Positions 15,316 to 33,360 of a stretch of DNA of 64,000 bases are shown here, one piece after another (position 1 is the stretch's first letter; each line of letters opens with the position of its first letter). Position numbers and translations under genes: made by a program. Source of the stretch: Eledone cirrhosa (taxonomy: Eukaryota); the NCBI GenBank assembly GCA_964016885.1, contig OZ024742.1, positions 113,026,001 to 113,090,000 of the forward strand, given 5' to 3'. The notes beneath the pieces were generated by a model. The model was not told the DNA's origin, did no database searches, and saw only the letters and a list, made by a program, of their open reading frames with translations.

Positions 15316-16580
15316 TAGGGGGGGAAGACAGAGATAAATAAATGTATATAGATAGATATATATATATATATAGATATATATGTACACATACACATTCATA
15401 TGTGTAATTAATACATAAGCATTTGTCCAATAACATATTTTTAAAATATAAAGTGTGTTAACCTTACGAAATAATATTCTGTTTTATGTGGATACAATTC
15501 ACAGTCTTATGCCTATCTGAAACAACATATTTTGTATCCAGATGTATCTTATTCATTTAAATAGAGGATCTGATATCTGTAGTATTTCAATAATAGATCA
15601 GTACTTTATAATAATTTTACATTCCATTACTAAACATTATCTAATCGTCGTTGATGATGTATTGGTACTTGATATTTACATATTATTGAATAACATCTTT
15701 GGTGCAACCACTAACTTGCGAGACAAATTGTTAGACCATCATATCCCCAGCATAATCGTGATTCTAAGAGATATTTTCACATACATTGAGAAAAGGTATT
15801 TTCATAAAAACTAACGCTGGTGCACTGTAGGTAAATCAGAATTAGACATATTTTCACCTGGACCTTTACATAAAAAAAAAATGCTTATGTAAATGCAAGC
15901 GAGAGAATGTATTTTCTGAACAATTATTTCACTACATATTATGGTGAATTGATCTGTAAATCGAATCTAAAAGAATACAACAAAATGAAGTCATCTCTTT
16001 GAAGTAATGAATGCAAAAGAATAACAGAATATACGAGACCTTATTTGATGACGGCATGGTAACATAGGACAATCTAAACGAGAATTCAACTTCAGGAGAT
16101 TTTTTTTTTCATGTTCATGTTTTTATATTCCACTGTAGTGTTGGAAAGTTGCTAAATTTAGCCAATGTAGACTAATCAATAAAGTAGTGTTGTCTACTGG
16201 AATGAGTTGGAATTATGCCAGTCTTGCTTTTATTATGTTTTATATGCAGTTAGTTATGGAAATGCGGTGAATAAACGGTTAAGTAGCTGGATACATGTAT
16301 TATGGGGTCAAACATGAGTAAAACAAGTGATCGCATATGAGTGCGAGCGCGTGTATGCCTGTGTGCATGAGTTTGATTACATACGGTGTATGAAAGTGCA
16401 TGTATGAATTATTTCAGATTAGAATACTTGCTATGACGATTTAAAAAAAAAAAAATCATTATTCATCTCTTCCAAATATTAGTAGGTCCTTTCGTTGTAT
16501 CAATTTGTTATATTCTTATATTCTTGTAATGAAGTGTACAATATTTCCAGAAGAAAAAACTAAGGATAACCTACGAATAA

Positions 16581-16743
16581 GAGTACATATCGCCACAGCA
16601 AAATCAGTGCTGTGATCCGTTAGACACTGAAAATTTAGTCAGAACTTATCTCCTTAAAATTTGATACAGAATTGAAATTATGCTTATAAGGTATTTCTCC
16701 AGTTAACATGATATCATTGTAATACGTGGCGATATGCGTACTC
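16581..16743. mobile_element. Possible MITE with 16-18 bp terminal inverted repeats
   Basis: GAGTACATATCGCCAC at the left end and GTGGCGATATGCGTACTC at the right end. No clear target-site duplication. Confidence 0.4.
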
Positions 16744-18125
16744 AATTCAAGAAATAAATCGAAAGCGCACCACAAGGAAACATAAGAATATGAGTTAAAA
16801 ATTTGCTACACACATTCAAGCAGTGCACAAATTCCCAGATTTATGTTTGTTTAACAGAAATCATGTTTGCATATCGTTTCTTTACTTTCATTCTGATTCA
16901 TTCAACTAACAACATTTCCCAATAGCTTCAATGATAGATGGTATGATGTGTAGAGATGGGGAAAAAAAAAGCAAAACACCATAAGTTATTAGATGTCATA
17001 AATATTTCTGTGAGTATATATTTGAAACGGACAGCTCAGTAAAAAGCCTCTATCCGTCAGTTGTAAGGTTTCACAGCTAGGATGATATATTCTTCAATCG
17101 CCACATATATTGGTTTGTTACACCAGTTTGCCCAGCCATAACAACAGAAGGACACACAGAAATATAGGCGCACATTCAAACATAAAGATGCACAAATTCT
17201 CTCACACGCACACGCACGCACACACACTCACAGATACCCCCCCCCCCAACACACACATATACATATATATATGCTCAGTATTATCTGTCAGGAGAGTGAT
17301 TATTCATCAATGTCATAGTATTATTTCGACCATGTTTAAAACTTATTACTCCTGTGTTTTACGTTTTTTTCTAATATTCATTTCTCTCATCTCGAACATG
17401 TGCTTGCCGGAACATGTTTTCACACATGCGTGCAAAATGCTATGTTACTTGAATGTACTTGTTGATTTACTGTTCTTGTCAAATATTTTTACCAGAAGAG
17501 CAAAGAGATGATTTATGTTTGTCATAATAATTCGAGCTTCAACAAATATAATATCTTTAGTTGATTTGTAGCCCAACAATTACTTTAATTTCAATATTAG
17601 TATATAGGTTCATTAAAATGTTTTGACATATTTCATTTGCATAAAGTTCGCAATGTTATCATTAGAAAGCCTCGGAGTGGGGTCTTGGATTTGTAGAAAC
17701 GCTAGAGCCTCGAACAAATGATTCGCAGTATTTTTTCAGGTAGTTAACATCTAATATAAATTTCGTGCAAATAATGTAGGCATTTTAAATCGATTTATCA
17801 TAAGGAAACATGTATTTGGTGGCTATATATACTCATACATTCGTATTCTTTTTTTCTGAAAAGGCCATCCTAATACGCATATAATTAGCGCCTGTGTTGA
17901 TAATTAATTAAGATAGATAATCAGAAGTGCAGTATCAGCGAACGTCTATGATAAAACTATATTTGCATATATACAAGGTGCGCAAGCGCCATTTACGAAC
18001 CTGGACAAATATATACACATATCGAATACGCCAGAATATGCGAATTTCACGATAAGTTGAAAGTATGATAAAGATGTTTAAACGATATTTGTACTCTCTC
18101 TCTCTCACTCTCTCTCTCTCTCTCA

Positions 18126-18189
<64 letters not shown>

Positions 18190-19314
18190 GTATATATATT
18201 TACTATAATATAAGCAATGATTTCACCAAGGGATCATGGATAATTTATGAAGGTTTATTTGCTTTACTGACGTTTAAACCCCTGCAGCAATTCTCGAGAG
18301 TGGAATGATTAAAAATATAATATTTCTAATATTACAAATAAATGAAAGTAAATTCGTTTCAAATTAAATATGTCAAAATCAACAACCCTCAATTATTTGG
18401 TGTTCCGTGCGTCTATATTGGTCCAATGTATTCGCAAACCCCATGAGCAACATTGATTAAAACAATTCTTACATAAAACAACAATTATCTCTGTATATAT
18501 ATTTAACTATCTCTATCTTGTTCTCTCTCTCTATATATACATACATACATACATGATGGATGCCCCCTCGTTATAGAGCATGACCATTGCACGATATACC
18601 ATTAATAATAATTATTAATTAATTCCTTCGTACAATGCCTGTGCGTGAAGATAGTTTTTAAAGTGAGGAAAGACTGTGCACTGAGCCAATCCCATTCTCT
18701 GAGCGACATTAGCTATAACCCGAAAAGTAGAAAATATCAACATCATCGGTAACTACTGAGCCGCATGTTTTATATCGGAGTTAATCCAGTTACCTGAGTT
18801 GCCTTCTCCTTGAAGAGTGCTCTGACAAAGGCTAGGTGTCCTTTACTCCCAGTAGTTTAACCACGCATGTCCTGCATGTTGTCCAAAATCACCCTCCTCA
18901 CCAAGTAAACTTAGTGGGGTTGCCGGTTTAGTCGCCGACGACCCGACCTTGTGACAGGTTGTACTGAGTTACATGTTACCATTAGCACTCAAGGGTAACC
19001 ATACATACATACATACATACATACATACATACATACATGCATGCATTCATACATATTGGGAAAAGTTTTGGAAATTATAAAACCAGAAGAACATACATAC
19101 ATACACAAATCATATACACATGCACACATACAACTCAAAATATACACATCCATACATACAACAACATCCATATCTACACATGCATCCATGCATAATCTAC
19201 CTAGTTGATGTTGTGTAAATTCCAATGAGAGAGTCTTGTGTCTATGTTAGCAACCGAGTCTCTCTCTATCGGGAAAACAATCGTGAATTTATAAAACCAG
19301 AAGAATATACATAC

Positions 19315-19485
<171 letters not shown>

Positions 19486-19745
19486 TTATATATATAGATA
19501 TACCTCACATTGATTTAGCCAAAAGGCCGAGAAGCGATATATATATATATATATATATATACAAAATATACATAAAATATACACAACTGAATGTATTCGC
19601 CTGATATAGGGGCTGCCTCCCTTGCCGATCCCCACGTGGAGTCAGCAATAGTCAGTCCTTGTATTAACAGTAAACTAAAACCTGTTGTGAAAGTGGGTTC
19701 CTTGTTCAATCATCTTACGAGAAGCCTGACATTATTTATGTAAGT

Positions 19746-19937
19746 GGGCGGTGGATTGGCAGTATCGGTAGAGGGACGGACGCCATGCTTTCCAGCATAG
19801 TTACGTCCCTTTAAGGTCTGAGTTCAAAACCCGCCGAGGTTGACTTTGCCTTTCATCCTTACGGGGTCGATAAAATAAAGTACCAGTAATGCACTGGGTA
19901 ATTGCTGGCCTTGTGCCTTAAAGTAGAAACAATTATT
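19746..19937 (+). mobile_element. tRNA-derived SINE (octopus-type, with a Nin/Deu-like central domain)
   Basis: A-box-like TGGCAGTATCGG and B box GAGTTCAAAACC, followed by GCCTTTCATCCTTACGGGGTCGATAAAATAAAGTACCAG. It is flanked by the direct repeat ATTATT(T/C)ATGTAAG at about 19731 and 19932. Confidence 0.82.
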
Positions 19938-20311
19938 CATGTAAGCGGGCGGTACTTGATTTAGGAGCCGCAGAAACCCAAATACTGGATTTTACCAAAC
20001 TTCCAGGGGTCAGCGTAAATTTTCAATACCCGAATATGCAAATTAGGCTGCTCAGCCGTTAATTTTCATAAAGAAAGTATATACTTTCGAACGTTCAACT
20101 ATCTGGCAGAAGGGTATACGGTGCTGATGATAGCTAACAAGCTTGAAAGTGGTACATCGTTCCTATGTCAGTGTTGAACAAAAAGGTGACGTGGTTGCCT
20201 TAACACCGTACGGCATAAATTCAGGCTGTTCAGTTTGTTTACAAACGAACAAAGCGGCGTTATAATAAGCGTCCGCTAAACTGAATACGTGCATATATGT
20301 ATGTGTACCTG

Positions 20312-20393
<82 letters not shown>

Positions 20394-20635
20394 TATGCAT
20401 GCTACTGTACGTCTGTATACATATATGTATGTACGTATACATACATACTTACATTTAAGTAAGTGCCGTACTAAGAGTGAGAAATGAAATTTCGTTTTCA
20501 TTTTATTTCAACTTATCGTTTTCGGTATGCCTGACCGACTTAACTCACTCGATATGCAAATTAGGCTGCTCAGCCGTTAATTTTCATAAGGAAAGTATAT
20601 ACTTTCGAACGTTCAACTATCTGGCAGAAGGGTAT

Positions 20636-20678
20636 ACGGTGCTGATGATAGCTAACAAGCTTGAAACTAGTACACCGT
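20636..20678 (+). ncRNA. Minimal type I hammerhead ribozyme
   Basis: ACGGUG-CUGAUGA-UAGCUAACAAGCUU-GAAAC-UA-GUA^CACCGU: 6-bp stem I, AGCU/AGCU stem II and a palindromic ACUAGU stem III. Confidence 0.85.
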
Positions 20679-21093
20679 TCCTATGTGAGTATTGAACAAA
20701 AAGGTGACGTGGTTGCCTTAACACCGTACTGCATAAATTCAGGCTGTTCAGTTTGTTTACAAACGAACAAAGCGGCGTTATAATAAGCGTCCGCTAAACT
20801 GATACGTGCATATATGTATGTCTACCTGTATGTATATATATATATATATATATGCATGATACTGTACGTCTGTATACATATATGTATGTACGTATACATA
20901 CATACTTACATTTAAGTAAGTGCCGTACTAAGAGTGAGAAATGAAATTTCGTTTTCATTTTATTTCCACTTATCGTTTTACGGTATGCCTGACCGACTTA
21001 ACTCACTCGATATGCAAATTAGGCTGCTCAGCCGTTAATTTTCATAAGGAAAGTATATACTTTAGAACGTTCAACTATCTGGCAGAAGGGGAT

Positions 21094-21136
21094 ACGGTGC
21101 TGATGATAGCTAACAAGCTTGAAACTAGTACATCGT
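21094..21136 (+). ncRNA. Minimal type I hammerhead ribozyme
   Basis: Same core as 20636; stem I is ACGGUG/CAUCGU with one G-U pair. Confidence 0.8.
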
Positions 21137-21283
21137 TCCTATGTCAGTGTTGAACAAAATGGAGACGTGGTTGCCTTAACACCGTACGACATACATTCAG
21201 GCTGTTCAGTTTGTTTACACACGAACAATGCGGCGTTATAATAAGCGTCCGCTAAACTGATACGTGCATATATGTATGGGTAC

Positions 21284-21409
<126 letters not shown>

Positions 21410-21546
21410 GCACCTACTGTACGTCTGTATACATATATGTATGTACGTATACATACATACTTACATTTAAGTAAGTGCCGTACTAAGAGTGAGAAATGAA
21501 ATTTCGTTTTCATTTTATTTCAACTTATATATATATACATATACGT

Positions 21547-21770
<224 letters not shown>

Positions 21771-22530
21771 CCTTCCATCTAATATAGACCACTTAAATAT
21801 TAACCCGCTTTACACAACACACATTACTATCCCCACTACAATGAAACATATTTTATCTGATAATAAATAATTCTTACGGTCAGCAAACCTACGGTAAAGT
21901 AAATGGTACATTGTTTAAAGCCACGGCTTATCTCTACACTATATATATAATACACCCCATGACAGCTTTTACATCTCAATTTCATACATCTGCCTCATAT
22001 CTGCTCGTTTTACATGCTAAAGTCATAAGTATACTCTATGTCTTACTTAGATTGATGTTGAGATTATTTCAACTAATTTATTGCTACCATTGTTAGTATT
22101 TTTGTTATTGTTCTGATTAAATGCCACTACTATATATAGAAGCCATGCCTGTGTATTCCCTTGATTCTCGCTAGCTCTGATGAATTGACTGATTATAACT
22201 ATGTATTGGTGATCGATTGATGCAGAAACAGGCGGGTAGCGATCTCTAGACCTACCAGTTCAGAGAAACAATTGTCAGCAATGTGATTAAAGCCCTTATT
22301 GTATAACAAACCGTGTCACTCTTATTTCTTGATTTATCATTACTCCAAGTGTAAACAACATACAAATCACCGCGTACTCGCAACATCACTATGGAAACGC
22401 CTTGTTGAGTCAAACTTAGCCAATCGTTGATACCATTCACTACTCGGAGTACCCTAACTGGACTACGTCTAAGTGGACAACCTATAACATTAATGTGTTA
22501 TCCCGTATATATATATATATATATATATAT

Positions 22531-22665
22531 ATACAAGTTATATATTAATATATATGATAAACACAAACGTGTTTGTATTGTAAGAGACAAAGTTAGCTAG
22601 CTAATTCGTCTCTTACAATACAAACACGTTTGTGTTTATCATATATATTAATATATAACTTGTAT
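22531..22665. repeat. Near-perfect 135-bp palindrome plus a one-sided tail, between (TA)n runs
   Basis: ATACAAGTTATATATTAAT...GTAAGAGAC is mirrored by GTCTCTTAC...ATTAATATATAACTTGTAT. Confidence 0.9.
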
Positions 22666-22743
22666 TTCACTGCTCAGAAATGCCTCTTTCTTTGAGCTTA
22701 TTAATTGTAAACGACTATGAGTTTAATCTCTAAATATAATATA

Positions 22744-22914
<171 letters not shown>

Positions 22915-22955
22915 CGAAACATAAGTCAATTGCATGTACTTCTAATCCTTAATTT

Positions 22956-23011
22956 ACTGCTATATATATTTCGATGATAGCCATTGGAAGGATATGACCT
23001 CATCAGGCAGT
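22956..23011 (-). ncRNA. Type I hammerhead motif
   Basis: Reverse strand reads ACUGC-CUGAUGA-GGUCAU...AUGGCU-AUCAUC-GAAAU-AUAU-AUA^GCAGU. Stem II is imperfect. Confidence 0.65.
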
Positions 23012-23096
23012 TAGTCAGTTCTTAGATATGCCAGCTCTGTGTTTATTGTCTTGATGGTATCAGAGCCTTGGGACATATGAGCTTGTTAGGAATAAG

Positions 23097-23405
23097 TTAA
23101 TGTTGTCAGCAGGAATAGTCGTAATTCTCATTTGTCAGTTTGTAGATGCTAGTAGGGTTGGTATTTGACCTCAAAGAGGCAGGTGGCGTTGTAATGTTCA
23201 AACCGTCAGGCAAGATGACAATAGTTCCATATGACTGCTGACCAGCAAAGCTTTTTGTGAAAATCAGTCATATGGAACTATTGTCGTCTTGCCTGACGGT
23301 TTGAACTTTACAACACCACCTGCCTCTTTGAGGTCAAATACCAACCATACTAGCATCTACAAAGTTAACAATGCGAATTAAGATTATTGCTGCTGACTAC
23401 ATTAA
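23097..23405. repeat. Inverted repeat with about 140-bp arms and a spacer of about 28 bp
   Basis: TTTGTAGATGCTAGT...CCATATGACTG is mirrored by CAGTCATATGG...ACTAGCATCTACAAA. Confidence 0.88.
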
Positions 23406-24379
23406 AGTATCTAATAAAATTACTTTCCTACACACATACACACACACAACATTTACACATTCCTTCCATCTTAACATAGTCCCACACACACACACACATA
23501 ACACCCATATACACACACACAACTACCTCCCCCATTTCTACTAATAGAATCATCTTCCTATACGCACACACACACACACACATACACACACACACAATAA
23601 CACAAATAAAGATACATATCTCTACTTTCTTTATTTCAATAGAAACTTTGAATTCTGACACCCCAACGAACCAGCCATATTCACTGAACCAGGACAATTC
23701 TCCCATCCCATTTCTCTTGATCATTATCTTTGTGCTTGTCATAAAATTCTCTAAAAGCCTACAAAATAAATTCCCAAATAGGGGCACGAAATATAATGAA
23801 CTTGTTCACATGACAGTACTAACTTTATTTATAACCAATCAAATTACATTTATAAAAATAAACCTTCTTGAGCCCCTTTTTTAAGTTAAAAGAAATTCAA
23901 ACACTCATATATGAAAATACAACCTCACCCCTCCCCACCCCTTGTTTGAAGAACTTTGTAACGCAAACTGGCGCGAAATTTATTAAACTTATTGACAAAC
24001 CAATCAAATTACTTCTCTAAAAACCTTGCATTTCGAGCCACTTTTTTCCATATAAAACAAGTAACATTCAAAGACTAACCATATGTTAGAAAAACCACAA
24101 ACCCCCGCATCTCAACTCTACTTTTATAAAGCAGAAGAACTGCAAAACCGGCAAAGGAACCGAATAAATATATATATATATTTTTAAAATAAGGCTACAG
24201 TTGCATTTTGTATTTCATCTTTTTTTGTATATATATATATTAATATATTTATATATTTATATTAAACGTATGTTATACCTCTGAGACCTATCTTATCGAG
24301 TGCTTTGCTAACACATCACTTCATATAAGAAGGCCGAATTTACTTGCAAACCGCCAGAGATTCGATTTTACTGATTTCC

Positions 24380-26014
<1,635 letters not shown>

Positions 26015-26073
26015 ATATATATATATATATATATAAACATATATACATATATATATATATATCTATCTATCTA

Positions 26074-26104
<31 letters not shown>

Positions 26105-26107
<3 letters not shown>

Positions 26108-26308
26108 AACAAGTAAGTCCCCGACGGCTGAGCTCAAGCCGTTTCGACGGCTAATACTGTACTCGATCGGTACCGAATTAGCCGTCGAAACGGCTTGAGC
26201 TCAGCCGTCGGGGTCTTACTTGTTCCTATTACCCACTCTACTACCCTAAGTATTGAGTACTTTGCTCCGTTATGGTCCACTTGGTTCCTTACCACATTTC
26301 CTTCGTTA
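26105..26308 (+). repeat. Hairpin insertion with a tail of about 80 nt; same family as 21655
   Basis: Arms at about 26105-26155 and 26178-26228, then the tail and (TA)n. Confidence 0.88.
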
Positions 26309-26365
26309 TATATATATATATATATATATAATATAAGATCAAAAGATGGTTAAAGGAGTTCAATA

Positions 26366-26436
26366 TATTTTATTATGCGCATTTCAAAAACAAACATCAT
26401 CAAACAATAATATTTGTGTTTTCATCAGATAAAACA
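26366..26436 (-). ncRNA. Type I hammerhead motif
   Basis: Reverse strand reads UGUUUUAU-CUGAUGA-long stem II-GAAAU-GCGC-AUA^AUAAAAUA, with a palindromic loop III. Confidence 0.72.
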
Positions 26437-26622
26437 GGAGAACATGATATGGAGGCTAAAAAAACACTTGTTGATAGTGCAGTTTTAAATCAACATATCT
26501 GTTGATCTTATATTATGCATACTCCAGTCCCACAAACTGTAGAGTGCTTCTTATCCAATATATGCATTGCTTTATTGTACTACAATAAAACTCACCTCCT
26601 ACATATATATATATGGATATAT

Positions 26623-26652
<30 letters not shown>

Positions 26653-26655
<3 letters not shown>

Positions 26656-27016
26656 GACTGAAGTGAGTAAATAATATGGAGAGAGGTGTTTAAATAATAT
26701 GTTCTGAGAGGGATTCTAGTATCACAATTACTCGATCCACTTATTGAACGACGGTGTGGTACATTATAACTACAGGGCTCCAGGCATTAGTGAATCTGGT
26801 ACACAGTCCTAATTTCCATCACATGGAACAAAATCAAAGAAAAACAGACATAACATACACAGAAGAAAAGAACAGAACCAACACTGAATAAATGCAAAAT
26901 ATAATGTACAACACCGTCGTTCAATATGTGGATAGAGTAACTGTGACACTAGAATCCCTCTCAAAACATATTACTTAAACACCTCTCTCCATATTATTTA
27001 CTCACTTCAGTCTATA
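26653..27016. repeat. Inverted repeat with about 115-bp arms and a spacer of about 130 bp
   Basis: AGACTGAAGTGAGTAAATAATATGGAGAGAGG... is mirrored by ...CCTCTCTCCATATTATTTACTCACTTCAGTCT. Confidence 0.88.
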
Positions 27017-27564
27017 TTTTTACTCACCTCAATCCGAATTATCACCTGAAAATAATTTTTTTTAATTCTTTAATTTCTAATTGTTAATTTCTTAATTGTT
27101 TAATTTATAATTTCTGATATTTAATTTTTACTTCCAACTCTCATTCTTAACTTCCAACGTAAAACCATGATACCTAGAATAAGTTTATTTTCCCTAATAA
27201 GGTGATGGTCAGTCGTACCGGCAACGCTTAGTGAGGGGTAGTATTATGACCTGTAAAAACTAACACTCTCTCATCCCCTCTGGCTCTCGGCTGACTGCCA
27301 CAGCCGTGATGGGTAGCTTTAAAATATGGTACATGCATTGGTGGGCCATTGTTTTGGATGACAGGGTGAACTGACTAAGCAAATTTCGTTGAAGTCTGCG
27401 GTGGAGAATGGTCAACTTCCTTCGGACATGCGCTTGCGCAGGCCGATGGGGGTGAATTGGTACTCACAAGGGAGCGGATGAAAAACCCCAAAACACGCAA
27501 TTCATCCGTTCCCTTGTCGATCCAATTTGGATTGCCTCGGAAAAATAACCTTATTATGTAACAA

Positions 27565-27638
27565 GCTGTCTGATGATGACACGACACTCGCACACAGAAC
27601 AGTGTGGCCAGTGTCGTCACTGAAATATAAATCACAGC
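27565..27638 (+). ncRNA. Type I hammerhead motif with an extended stem II
   Basis: GCUGU-CUGAUGA-...ACGACACU...AGUGUCGU...-GAAAU-AUAA-AUC^ACAGC. Confidence 0.72.
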
Positions 27639-27706
27639 ATTATTATTAAAGGACTTGAACATCTGAAACTACTTCGCTTTTCTTTATTCTATATATATAT
27701 ATATTT

Positions 27707-27824
<118 letters not shown>

Positions 27825-27889
27825 ATACATATACACACACACATACACACACGTATATATATATATGATATTCCAACCAGAATGATTGC

Positions 27890-28135
27890 ATTTTTTAAGG
27901 GTATGTCAATATTTGTTTATAAAACTAACCTATATTATATTTTATCTCATGAAAGTGCACCATAGTTTACCTTGGTGGCACTTGAAATAAGTATAATGAA
28001 ATAAATATGATTTTATAAATATAGTTTCCATTTGTTAATACATCGTATATTTACTCCAATAATTTGTTGAGTGCTATATATCAGTTATAAAAATAGTTTG
28101 CTTGTTGTGTCCCAACATATTAAATATAACCTCTA
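27890..28135 (+). repeat. Dispersed PLE-like 3' end, homologous to 33570-33811, with a decayed HHR (CUCAUGA)
   Basis: Alignable by eye over about 240 bp and ends at AAATATAACCTCT next to a microsatellite. Confidence 0.75.
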
Positions 28136-28168
28136 CACACACACAGACACACACATATATATATATAC

Positions 28169-28217
<49 letters not shown>

Positions 28218-28265
28218 TACATACATATACACACACATATACACATGTATATACATACATATATA

Positions 28266-28325
28266 TATACCTGATGATATAACCGGATTAAAATGGTATC
28301 CGGTCATTGAAATGATCATAGTATA
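28266..28325 (+). ncRNA. Type I hammerhead in a solo insert of about 110 bp between (TA)n runs
   Basis: UAUAC-CUGAUGA-...ACCGGAU...AUCCGGU...-GAAAU-GAUC-AUA^GUAUA, followed immediately by AATAAA. Confidence 0.78.
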
Positions 28326-28375
28326 ATAAACCTTTCATGAATTTACACCAGTTCAGCCTCCTGTTAGTTTATTTC

Positions 28376-28511
<136 letters not shown>

Positions 28512-28571
28512 TCACACATATATCACATATATATAAATCAAAAGTAAAGAAATTATTGTGACCGATGTATA

Positions 28572-28631
<60 letters not shown>

Positions 28632-28912
28632 GGAGGTGAGTTTTATTGTAGTACAATAAAGCAATGCAGACATCGGATAAGAAGCACTCTACAGTTTGTA
28701 GGACTGGAGTATACATATATATATATATATACACACAGCCACACATATATATATACATATATATATGAGATTCCTGGTGATTTATAAAGGATGAAACAGT
28801 TCTAGTTCTGTAGAATCTCATCTATATTAAAATTTATATATATATATGTTACATATATATATACATATACACACACATATACTTATATATATATATATTT
28901 TTTTTATATCTA

Positions 28913-29138
28913 TTGTTATGCTTTGGGAGGGTCACGTTGCCAATAAGAAACACAGGTACCAGCTGCTTTTACTCCAATTTATTATGAATTAAATTTATGA
29001 ATTAAATTTATAATAAATTGGAGTGAAACAGCTAGTGCGAGTGTTTCTTATTGGCAACATGACCCTCCCGAAGCATAACACTATCGGTTTTAACACACGT
29101 TTTCAGATAAGGAATCTTGTTAAAAAAATTCAGAAACG

Positions 29139-29140
<2 letters not shown>
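28913..29140 (+). repeat. Hairpin (about 80-bp arms) plus tail, carrying the PLE terminal motif TGACCCTCCC..ATAACA
   Basis: Arms at about 28913-28995 and 29000-29080. The tail is homologous to the reverse complement of 42510-42610. Confidence 0.8.
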
Positions 29141-29810
<670 letters not shown>

Positions 29811-30577
29811 CACTGGGGGGAACTAAAAGGACGAAAAAACGGGTCAGTACTATACGAACATGCTAGACAACAAAATGACGGTAACATAGACAACATAGAA
29901 ATTAGAAGAATATCTAAACATAGGAATGACCCAGCAGATAGGCAAATCAGAGAGGCCAGTGAAATAGAAATTAGAAGACCAAAGCTAAACAGAAAGAATG
30001 AGTGGAACAACAACAACACCCAAACAAACAACACTGACCTAAGAGAAGTATAAATAAGTAAATAAAATTAAATAAAATAAGATAAATAAATACATACACA
30101 AGCACAATAACAACAAGCACATAAACACACACTAGTCACCCAGCAGACACAACACTATACACACTAGTCACACATCACACATAAAACTATACACACACGC
30201 AAACGCATGCGCAAAGAAGACAAAATAAAATAAGGTAAACAAACAAACAAATAAATAAATAAATATATAGACAAAAAAAAAATTGCGTAGACATACAACA
30301 CAACAGGAGGAACAATGAATATAACACCACTGACGATGTTGCAGATGTGCAACGAAAGATTTATGCAAATTATGTAAACTATATATATGTGTTTGTGTCT
30401 ATATTGTATCTGTATTATTTTTGACCGCCGGTCAGTCAATGGCAACATTGAGGACCGAGTAAGTTAGATCGCAGATATAAAAGACAGCGAGAAGCGAAAA
30501 CCAACCAAACAGTGAGTGTGTTCTGTTATTAATTCTGGCAATATTACGCAAATATGACCCTCCCCAAATATAACAAT
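29811..30577 (+). mobile_element. 5'-truncated Penelope-like element (GIY-YIG C-terminus and 3' region)
   Basis: Nearly identical to 45734-46493. Encodes HWGELK...[22 protein letters not shown] and is flanked by (TA)n. Confidence 0.88.
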
Positions 30578-31073
30578 ATATATATATATATATATATGTG
30601 TATATATAGGTATGTGTGTATATATAGGTGTAAGTGCACTAAATCCCTTTCTATCAATCTCCCCTCTCCTACCGAGCACAGGAAGATATATGTATGTATA
30701 TTGCTTCCACCCCCTCACTGACCAGCAGCAGGCCTTCTGGCCATTGCTAAATTTGACCTTTATAAAATAACCCACACCCCAAATAACCTCTCATTCACTA
30801 CCAGAAACAGTCAACGAGTTGCTACCAAGATGAAAACTACTGTGAAATCCCACAATGAATTCTATACTTGAATTTTCAAATCTCAAATTTTAACTCTTCT
30901 TATTATTAATTTTTCTTAATATTAATCAACATTTGAAAAGATGGGTTTTGCACGCCCATCGAAACCGGTCATTTTTTATACCCTTTATTATTTCCTTACC
31001 TTATAAAATTATATGTTTTTTCACAAAAAGTATTCTGTCTCTTATATGTTCCATGTGCCATTACCAACCTCAA

Positions 31074-32245
<1,172 letters not shown>

Positions 32246-32399
32246 CATACAAATACATGCATGCGCATATGTAGTTACATATCAATGCACGTAAACACAA
32301 CGTTGCGCATCCAAACGAACGGCCACTCATACTAATACATACAAACATGTACTCAAAAATATACCTATATACACAGCCACATAAAAACACCTCTACATG

Positions 32400-32880
32400 C
32401 AGAACATGCTGATAGGTAAGAGATACTTACATAACCAAGGTGCCGTGTTTCAGGTAGAGAAGGGGTAGGGGTAGCGTGGGAAGGAGGTAGAGGGCCCATT
32501 TTCTCGGGTGGCGTTTAAAAGAAAACTGGCTTAAGGTATTTGAAAGTTGCAAAGATTTTGTGCATTAGTTCGGGCAGTGTTCAGAGAGTTTGTTCAGTAG
32601 CGGGCCCTTGGCGAATACTATGTCTTAGATCTCTGAGATATAACGGTCGCAGCACTTGTGTACTCCGATGTATGAGCCCGCCCTCTGGAGTATTTTCCAT
32701 TTAAGCGTGAAGGGGTTGGAGTTCCTTTTGAGGTCCCCAAAAAGGAGGCGTGTGTTGTCTAATTTGATTTGTCCGGTCCACTGAAGGAGTGGGTATGGGC
32801 ATACCACCGAGTCTTAAAGTTATTGGAAGCCATGTAAGTCACTGTGTGTGTTTGTGCATGTGTCTGTTGACACCTGAAAT
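32400..32880 (-). mobile_element. Degenerate PLE GIY-YIG C-terminal fragment (a second PLE lineage)
   Basis: DLKRNSNPFTLKWKILQRAGSY...CDRYISE followed by LLNK resembles the C-terminal part of PLE endonucleases. Confidence 0.6.
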
Positions 32881-33293
32881 ATAGCTTAAGAGAAACATGA
32901 CAATAATGATAGGCACCCAATATTTGAACTGGTTTATAGAATTCTCTTGGCCTCTGTCACGCTAAGTAGATCTTTAAAGAATTAGCTTTTAAAGAATTTC
33001 CCTTTTCTTTAAATCCATCAACCATGAGCGACCTCCAACGATCTTATTGACACCAGAAATATAGGCATTGTTCTCATTGTAAGAGAAACTTAATAATAAG
33101 GAGTTGCACCCCAAATTGAACTTGTTTATAGAATTCATTCTGCTTTGTTACTCTAAATATACATTATAGCATTAAAGGATTAGCTTTTAATGATTTCCAT
33201 TTTCTTTCAACCAATGACCTCCGCCGATCCACTCCCCGCCCTCTCCTACCACCTGAAAAGATATAAATACCACAACATTTATTTTGGACAGCC

Positions 33294-33344
33294 AGATTGC
33301 TGATGATTTCTAAAGAATGAAACAGTTCTATTCCTGTAAAATCT
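33294..33344 (+). ncRNA. Type I hammerhead with a full stem III
   Basis: AGAUUG-CUGAUGA-UUUCUAAAGAAU-GAAACAG-UUCUAUUC-CUGUA^AAAUCU. Decayed relatives lie at 28766-28820 and about 46752-46802. Confidence 0.7.
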
Positions 33345-33360
33345 CATCTATGTCAAAACT

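Noticed and set aside
32914-33230. Diverged direct repeat with a period of about 190 bp (similar small duplications at 13181-13262 and 23820-24110)
   Set aside because: Ordinary local duplications with no motif or coding signal.
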